The translations under genes were made by a program, and so were the position numbers. 8,078 nucleotides of DNA from Cyanophora paradoxa CCMP329 (lineage: Eukaryota; Plantae; Glaucophyta): assembly GCA_004431415.1 (NCBI GenBank), contig QPMI01000704.1:1-8078 (forward strand), written 5' to 3'. Positions 1 to 8,078 of this stretch are shown in pieces. Each line of letters starts with the position of its first letter. Within the stretch, counting starts at the first letter, position 1. The notes below the pieces were generated by a model, which was given only the letters and a program-made list of their open reading frames with translations, did no database searches and was not told the origin of the DNA.

Positions 1-618
1 GAGTAAATTGTCTTTCTTTAGCTGATGCTATTCATTTAAGTTTACAAAAAATTCAGCAATTTTTAGTAAGTGAAGTACAATCCGTTTATCAATCACAAGG
101 AATTGATATTTCTGATAAACATATTGAAATTATTATAAAACAAATGACTAATAAAGTAAAAAATCGAAGAAGGAGGAGATACAACTTTATTACCAAAGAA
201 CTTATGAATTCAACAAATTGAAAAAATGAATGAAAAATTTAGTACTTCTAATGGACAACTAGCAGCTATACTCCTATTATTAGGAATAACTAATCATCTT
301 TAAATACTCAAAGCTTTATTTCTGCAGCAAGTTTCCAAGAAACAACTCGTGTTTTAGCAAAAAGCCGCTGTAAGGTAAAATTGATCAATTACGTGATTAA
401 AAGAAAATGTTATATTGGAAATTTAATTCCACAGGAACTGGATTTAGTGCTTATAATGATAATGCTGTTTTTCAAAATGAAGATATTGAATCAATTAAGT
501 AAAAACTTCTGTATTGAATTCACCAGCAGAGAGTGATACGAATTCTGATTTAGATGATATATTTTAAATAAGATTAAATCGATTAGCAAGAATTAATGTA
601 ATAAACGATATTGATTAA
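1..618 (+). CDS. rpoC2: RNA polymerase beta'' subunit, 3' part (5'-truncated by the window, frameshifted in this sequence)
   Basis: Translated segments match RpoC2 C-terminal motifs: [24 protein letters not shown] (to 146), [15 protein letters not shown] (312-356), then LKENVI..GNLIP.GTGF across indels. The 3' end is uncertain: a TAA occurs near 500, but an acidic tail (SDTNSDLDD...) can be followed across indels to TAA 616-618. Confidence 0.93.
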
Positions 619-704
619 TTTCATTAATTTCGTTAATAACTCAAAAATCAACTTAAAAAATTATTTTTTTTTATAAAAAACAAGTTCAATAATTTATTTT
701 TAAA

Positions 705-709
705 AGGAG
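705..709 (+). promoter_or_regulatory. Shine-Dalgarno sequence of rps2
   Basis: AGGAG lies 9 nt upstream of the rps2 ATG at 719 in an otherwise almost pure A/T spacer. Confidence 0.75.
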
Positions 710-718
710 TTATATATA

Positions 719-1423
719 ATGGCAATTGTTACGTTAGATGAAATGTTAGAAGCCGGTGTACATTCTGGGCATCAATCAAGACGTTGGAATCCTAAAATGT
801 CACAAATATTTTTACTGAACGAAATGGTATTCATATTATCGATTTAGTTCAAACTGCTCAGTTATTAGCTGAAGCATATGATTTCTTACGTATTTCAGCT
901 GAAAGCAGGTAAAAAAGTTCTTTTTATTGGTAACAAAGACGACAAGCCGCAAATATTATTGCACAAGAAGCTACCGTTGTGGAGCATTTTACTACTTAAT
1001 CAACGTTGTTAGGTGAGAACATTAACCAACTGGACTACAATTCAAAGTCGTGTTGAATATCTTAAAGAACTTGAAATGCGCGAAGAAAGGTGTGCATACA
1101 TTGATTTATTACCAAAAAAGAAGCTGCGATCTTACGTCGTCAACTTGAAAAATTACGTTAAATCTTTAGGTGGATTCAAACTATGCGTCATATCCGGACA
1201 TCGTAGTAATTGTAGATCAAAAACGTGAGAATAATGCTGTTCAAGAATGTAAAAAATTAAATATCCGATTATTGCATTATTAGATACCAATTCTGATCCA
1301 GATGTTGTTGATATTCCTATTCCTGGAAATGATGATGCTATTCGTTCCATTAAATTAATTATTGGAAAACTAGCGGATGCTATTTTAGAAGGTTCACATA
1401 CTAAAACTTCCTCAGCAGAATAA
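719..1423 (+). CDS. rps2: 30S ribosomal protein S2 (frameshifted in this sequence)
   Basis: ATG 719 gives [15 protein letters not shown](S)[11 protein letters not shown], then [21 protein letters not shown], and [27 protein letters not shown]...[11 protein letters not shown] with TAA 1421-1423. Track ORF 1013..1228 is a partial fragment. Confidence 0.96.
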
Positions 1424-1437
1424 ATTCAATTTCATAT

Positions 1438-1480
1438 AAACTTTTAGATTAAAATTATTTTTAATCTAAAAGTTTTTTTT
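1438..1480 (+). terminator. Stem-loop with T-tract downstream of rps2
   Basis: Perfect 17-bp inverted repeat: AAACTTTTAGATTAAAA (1438-1454) and TTTTAATCTAAAAGTTT (1459-1475), 4-nt loop, T run continuing to 1480. Confidence 0.75.
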
Positions 1481-1552
1481 AACTAATTGCATAAAATAAA
1501 TAAATTTTAAACTAAAACTGGTTATCTTTCTTTATTAAGAAAAAAAAATTAA

Positions 1553-1855
<303 letters not shown>

Positions 1856-1907
1856 TTCATTAACGAAGAAATATATTGTCAAATTAGCTTAGAATCAGGT
1901 AATTGAA

Positions 1908-2387
1908 ATGACACAATGGATAATTTGGCTAGCAATTGAAACCGAAGCTGCAAGCCAGAAGGTGGTTGTTTGATTTTGATGCAACATTACTGTAATGATG
2001 GTTCAATTATTAGTCTTAATGCTAATATTAAATGCTGTTTTTATAACCGCTAATTAAAATTTTAGATGAACGAAAGAATATATTCATCTAATTTAATGAA
2101 GCAGAAAAATGTTTAGCACAAGCTGCTGAATTAACAACACAGTATGAAACAAAAATAACAGATGCTCGTCAAAACGCGTCTAAACTTACAATACTACACG
2201 TAGTGAAATTCAAAGATTGTAAGTGAAAATTAGAAGAAGCTCAAAAGAAAGCAGATAGCGAATTAGCTTCTGCCACTATAATTAGAACTTCAAAAAGATG
2301 AGCATTAAATCTTTAGAATCCGAAGTACAAACTTTAAGTACTAAAATTCTAGAGAAACTTTTAGGTATTCAAATAGCTAATACATAA
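1908..2387 (+). CDS. atpG: ATP synthase CF0 subunit II (b'), frameshifted in this sequence
   Basis: ATG 1908 (AGGT upstream) gives MTQWIIWLAIETEAA. The b' signature EGG(L)FDFDATL(P)VMMVQLLVLMLILNAVFY is readable across indels. C-terminus KILEKLLGIQIANT ends at TAA 2385-2387. Position between atpH and atpF fits. Confidence 0.92.
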
Positions 2388-2445
2388 TTTCTTTTGGCGA
2401 TGTATGTTGAATAGCAGATGCCAGTAGTATAGATTGGGATTAACA

Positions 2446-2992
2446 ATGAATCTAATAATTCAACAAAATATTTTCATCGCTCATGATAGCTTCAGTGAAA
2501 ATAATACCGCAATTTTTAGTTTAAATACTGATATTCTTGAAACAAATCTGATCAACCTGTTAGTTATTTCTTTTATTAATTTATCAAGGTCGACCATTTT
2601 TTACCGCTCTTCTTGAAGAACGTCGTAAAACATACTTGATAAAATCAAAAAGTCAGAAAATAGTTATAACGAAGCATAGAGAAATTAAAAGAAGCAAAAA
2701 GTAAACTTGCTCAAGCTGAATTAGCAGCAAAGCAAATTTACGAAGAAGCTGAAGCGGTAGCTGAATCCATTAAGAAAACTGGTTAGCACAATTAGAAAAA
2801 GATATTAAGCGTATTGAAGAAACAACACAAGCAAGTATCAATACTCAACAATTATCAGTAATCACTTATTTACGTCAGCAAGTTGCTTATTAGCACTTCG
2901 ACGCGTTGTTTCTCAACTTAAAAATTATTTAAAACTGAACTTCATAGTCAATTTATCGATCGTAAAATTCTTCAATTAAGAAAACAAAATGA
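2446..2992 (+). CDS. atpF: ATP synthase CF0 subunit I (b), frameshifted in this sequence
   Basis: ATG 2446 with GGGA upstream. Signature FSLNTDILETNLINL is followed by LLEERRK and a coiled-coil EAKSKLAQAELAAKQIYEEAE. The stop is inferred as TGA 2990-2992 overlapping the atpD ATG, which needs one more restored base near 2978. Confidence 0.9.
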
Positions 2993-3534
2993 AACAAAGT
3001 GCTGTCGTTTCGAAGATAACTCAACCTTATGCGGAAGCATTATTAGAAATGGCTCAAAAATACGATATTGTTGAGACTGTTAATAATGATATTACGCTGA
3101 TATTAAATTGTCTTCAAAATTCAACAAAGTTACAACAATTCTTGCAAATCCTTAGTAAAAAATCTTCGAAGAAAAATTTTTTGAAAAGACCTTGCAAAAG
3201 AAATTCACCCGTATACTTTCAAATTTTACTGTTAGTTATTGATAGAGCCGTATTTTGTTTAGAAATTATTGCTCAAAAATATCAATCACTAATTTTAAAA
3301 TTAACTAGACTGAATTAGCTGAAGTTGTTACAGCTGTTCCTCTTTCGAGTGAACAAGAAGCTGCACTTAATAATATTATTAAAGAATTAACCAATGCTAA
3401 TGAAGTTAAATTAGTTTTTAAAATCGATCAAATTTAATCGGTGTTTTATTATAATATTGGATCAAAAGTTGTGATGCTAGTTTATTAGGTCAATTACTTA
3501 GAATCGGAAATTATTTAGGATTAGAACCGTTTAA
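2989..3534 (+). CDS. atpD: ATP synthase CF1 delta subunit (plastid atpD), frameshifted in this sequence
   Basis: [22 protein letters not shown]..., [16 protein letters not shown]...LIG..F...[13 protein letters not shown]. The stop is inferred at TAA 3532-3534 (LETV* after restoring one A). Confidence 0.92.
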
Positions 3535-3583
3535 TTTTTTATTCAAACTACATAATTTTTTAAATCTTAAATTAGGCAAGGGC

Positions 3584-5071
<1,488 letters not shown>

Positions 5072-5073
<2 letters not shown>

Positions 5074-5134
5074 ATTAATTAAAATAATATTGATCAAATT
5101 TTATTAATTTGATCAATATTATTTTAATTAATTT
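5072..5134. terminator. Long perfect inverted repeat ending the atp operon
   Basis: 29-bp arms AAATTAATTAAAATAATATTGATCAAATT (5072-5100) and its exact reverse complement (5106-5134), 5-nt loop TTATT. It overlaps the atpA stop codon. Confidence 0.8.
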
Positions 5135-5260
5135 GAATATTTCTTAAAAAAAAATTTTACAAATTGTTAGTAATTAAATTACAATAATCATAAAAAAACT
5201 TTTATAAAATAATTTTATTTGTTTTAAATTTTGAATAATATTTAAATTCATTTTCTAGGT

Positions 5261-5892
5261 ATGATTAATTCAAAAAATAATAGTCCGATTGAAATTAGTA
5301 TTATTGATTATCAAATGGGAATCTCTATTCGGTATGTAAAGGAATTGAGAATCCGTGGCATTCCAAAAATAATTAATTCTGCTGAAGAAATTAAAAAGCA
5401 ACTGCACTAATTCTCCTGGTGTTGGATCTTTTGATCCAGCAATGAAACAATTAAAAAAACAAGATTTAATTAATCCTATTAAGATGCAATCTCAGAAAAA
5501 AACCCTTTTTAGGAATTGCTTAGGCTTACATTTATTGTTTGAAGAAAGTGAGGAAGGTATAGAATCAGGATTAGGTATTTTATCAGGTTCAGTAAAAAGA
5601 ATAAAGAATGAACCCGAAATTACAATTCTCACATGGGTGGAATCAATTACAATTAACAATCCTAAATGTTATTATGGGATGGATTAACAAATATCCTTGG
5701 GTTTACTTTGTTCATTCTTATTTGCCCAACCAAAAAATCCAAACGTTATTGCTGCAGCAGTAACTCATGGAACTCAACAAGTAACAGCAGCAATTCAATA
5801 TGAAATATTTCTGCTGTTCAATTTCATCCTGAAAAATCTGCTTCTATTGGTTACATATGTTAAATAATTTTGTTCAACAAAGTTGTAATTAG
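5261..5892 (+). CDS. hisH: Imidazole glycerol phosphate synthase glutamine amidotransferase subunit, frameshifted in this sequence
   Basis: Class I GATase/HisH motifs readable across indels: IIDYQMGN(L)YSV, PGVGSFDPAM, G(I)CLGLHLLFEESEE (catalytic Cys), (P)HMGWN, VYFVHSY, AVQFHPEKS (His-Pro-Glu at 5825-5833). TAG 5890-5892. Confidence 0.94.
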
Positions 5893-5911
5893 CTATATTT
5901 TTATAAAAATA

Positions 5912-5950
5912 AATAACAAGAAAACATAAATTTATGGTTTTTTTGTTATT
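5912..5950. terminator. Imperfect hairpin between convergent hisH and petG (putative bidirectional terminator)
   Basis: AATAACAAGAAAACATAAA (5912-5930) pairs imperfectly with TTTATGGTTTTTTTGTTATT (5931-5950), between two convergent stop codons. Confidence 0.6.
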
Positions 5951-5974
5951 AAATACATAATTTAATAATTAAAT

Positions 5975-6085
5975 TTAGAATTCAAATTGGTTTCCGCGAC
6001 GATATTGTAAATATGCTGCAACAAATAAACCAATTAAAGTTACGGGAATTAAACCAGAACAATTCCAGAAAGTAAGGTTTACCAT
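5975..6085 (-). CDS. petG: Cytochrome b6f complex subunit V (PetG)
   Basis: Minus strand from ATG at 6085, with AGGA at 6096-6093, reads [56 protein letters not shown] is the PetG signature. Restoring three single bases gives the canonical N-terminus MVEPLLSGIVL. It is too short for the ORF track. Confidence 0.95.
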
Positions 6086-6350
6086 TTAAATATCCTATAA
6101 TATTTTAATTTCTTTTTATTTTATATCTTTCTTTGTTAATGAAAACATTTTTTTTTAATTAAGTATAAAAATAGCTTTATTTTTAAATAAAGATTAATGA
6201 ATTTTAATTAAGATCTATAACTAAAAATCTATTTTGCTATTTTGAATATTTAAAAAATGGTTAATTTTGAAATTAAGTTAATAATTAAAACATATTTAAG
6301 TCAGGTTTTAACTTATTAATAATAACAAACTTTTAAAGATTATTTTTATT

Positions 6351-7781
<1,431 letters not shown>

Positions 7782-7785
<4 letters not shown>

Positions 7786-8078
7786 GTACAGAAAAACTAA
7801 AATTTTAGAAGTAAAAATTTAAAGCTCAAGTTGATGGAACTGAGATTTTAAAAGGCGTGAATTTAACAATTAATTCTGGTGAAATTCATGCAATTATGGG
7901 CCCAAATGGTTTGGGAAAAGTACTTTTTCTAAAATATTAGCGGGCCATCCCGTTATCAAGTTACTGGTGGGAAATTCTTTTTAAAAATAAAAATTTATTA
8001 GAATTAGAACTGAAGAACGCGCTCCGCGAGCGTATTTTTAGCTTTTCAATATCCAATTGAAATTGCAGGTGTAAGTAA
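7782..8078 (+). CDS. sufC: Fe-S cluster assembly ABC ATPase SufC (Ycf16), 5' part (runs off the window)
   Basis: ATG 7782 overlaps the sufB stop (ATGA). [23 protein letters not shown](S)[13 protein letters not shown] carries Walker A (~7899-7924), followed by [14 protein letters not shown]. Confidence 0.95.

Noticed and set aside
650-704. A-run/T-run palindromes upstream of rps2
   Set aside because: Low-complexity homopolymer pairing expected by chance at this A/T content.
1153-1350. Minus-strand 65-aa ORF from the track
   Set aside because: Antisense shadow of rps2 with no recognisable motif.
2388-2445. Slightly GC-richer atpG-atpF spacer with a possible TGGC...GCCA hairpin
   Set aside because: Pairing is short and interrupted, with no tRNA or known RNA motif.
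5135-5260. Sigma70-type promoter or small RNA upstream of hisH
   Set aside because: The region is so A/T-rich that -10-like hexamers occur by chance. I found no well-spaced -35/-10 pair and no structured RNA.

Overview
This is AT-rich primary-plastid DNA, most likely a glaucophyte cyanelle (Cyanophora paradoxa-like). Gene order: 3' end of rpoC2 - rps2 - atpH - atpG - atpF - atpD - atpA - hisH (all +), petG (-), then sufB/ycf24 and the 5' part of sufC/ycf16 (+). The assignment rests on the plastid-type rpoC2-rps2-atp linkage, retention of atpG, atpD, sufB, sufC and hisH, absence of tsf and atpI between rps2 and atpH, and absence of atpC after atpA. Every gene is broken by small indels, mostly 1-nt deletions that shorten base runs, while the conserved protein motifs are almost unchanged. 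This is best explained by an uncorrected long read or low-quality assembly rather than real pseudogenes, so the ORF track shows only fragments and CDS coordinates were reconstructed by eye across frameshifts. Several AT-rich intergenic hairpins are present, including a perfect 29-bp stem after atpA. I found no tRNA, rRNA, mobile element, CRISPR array or convincing novel system. The most notable biology is the missing atpI and the stand-alone plastid hisH.
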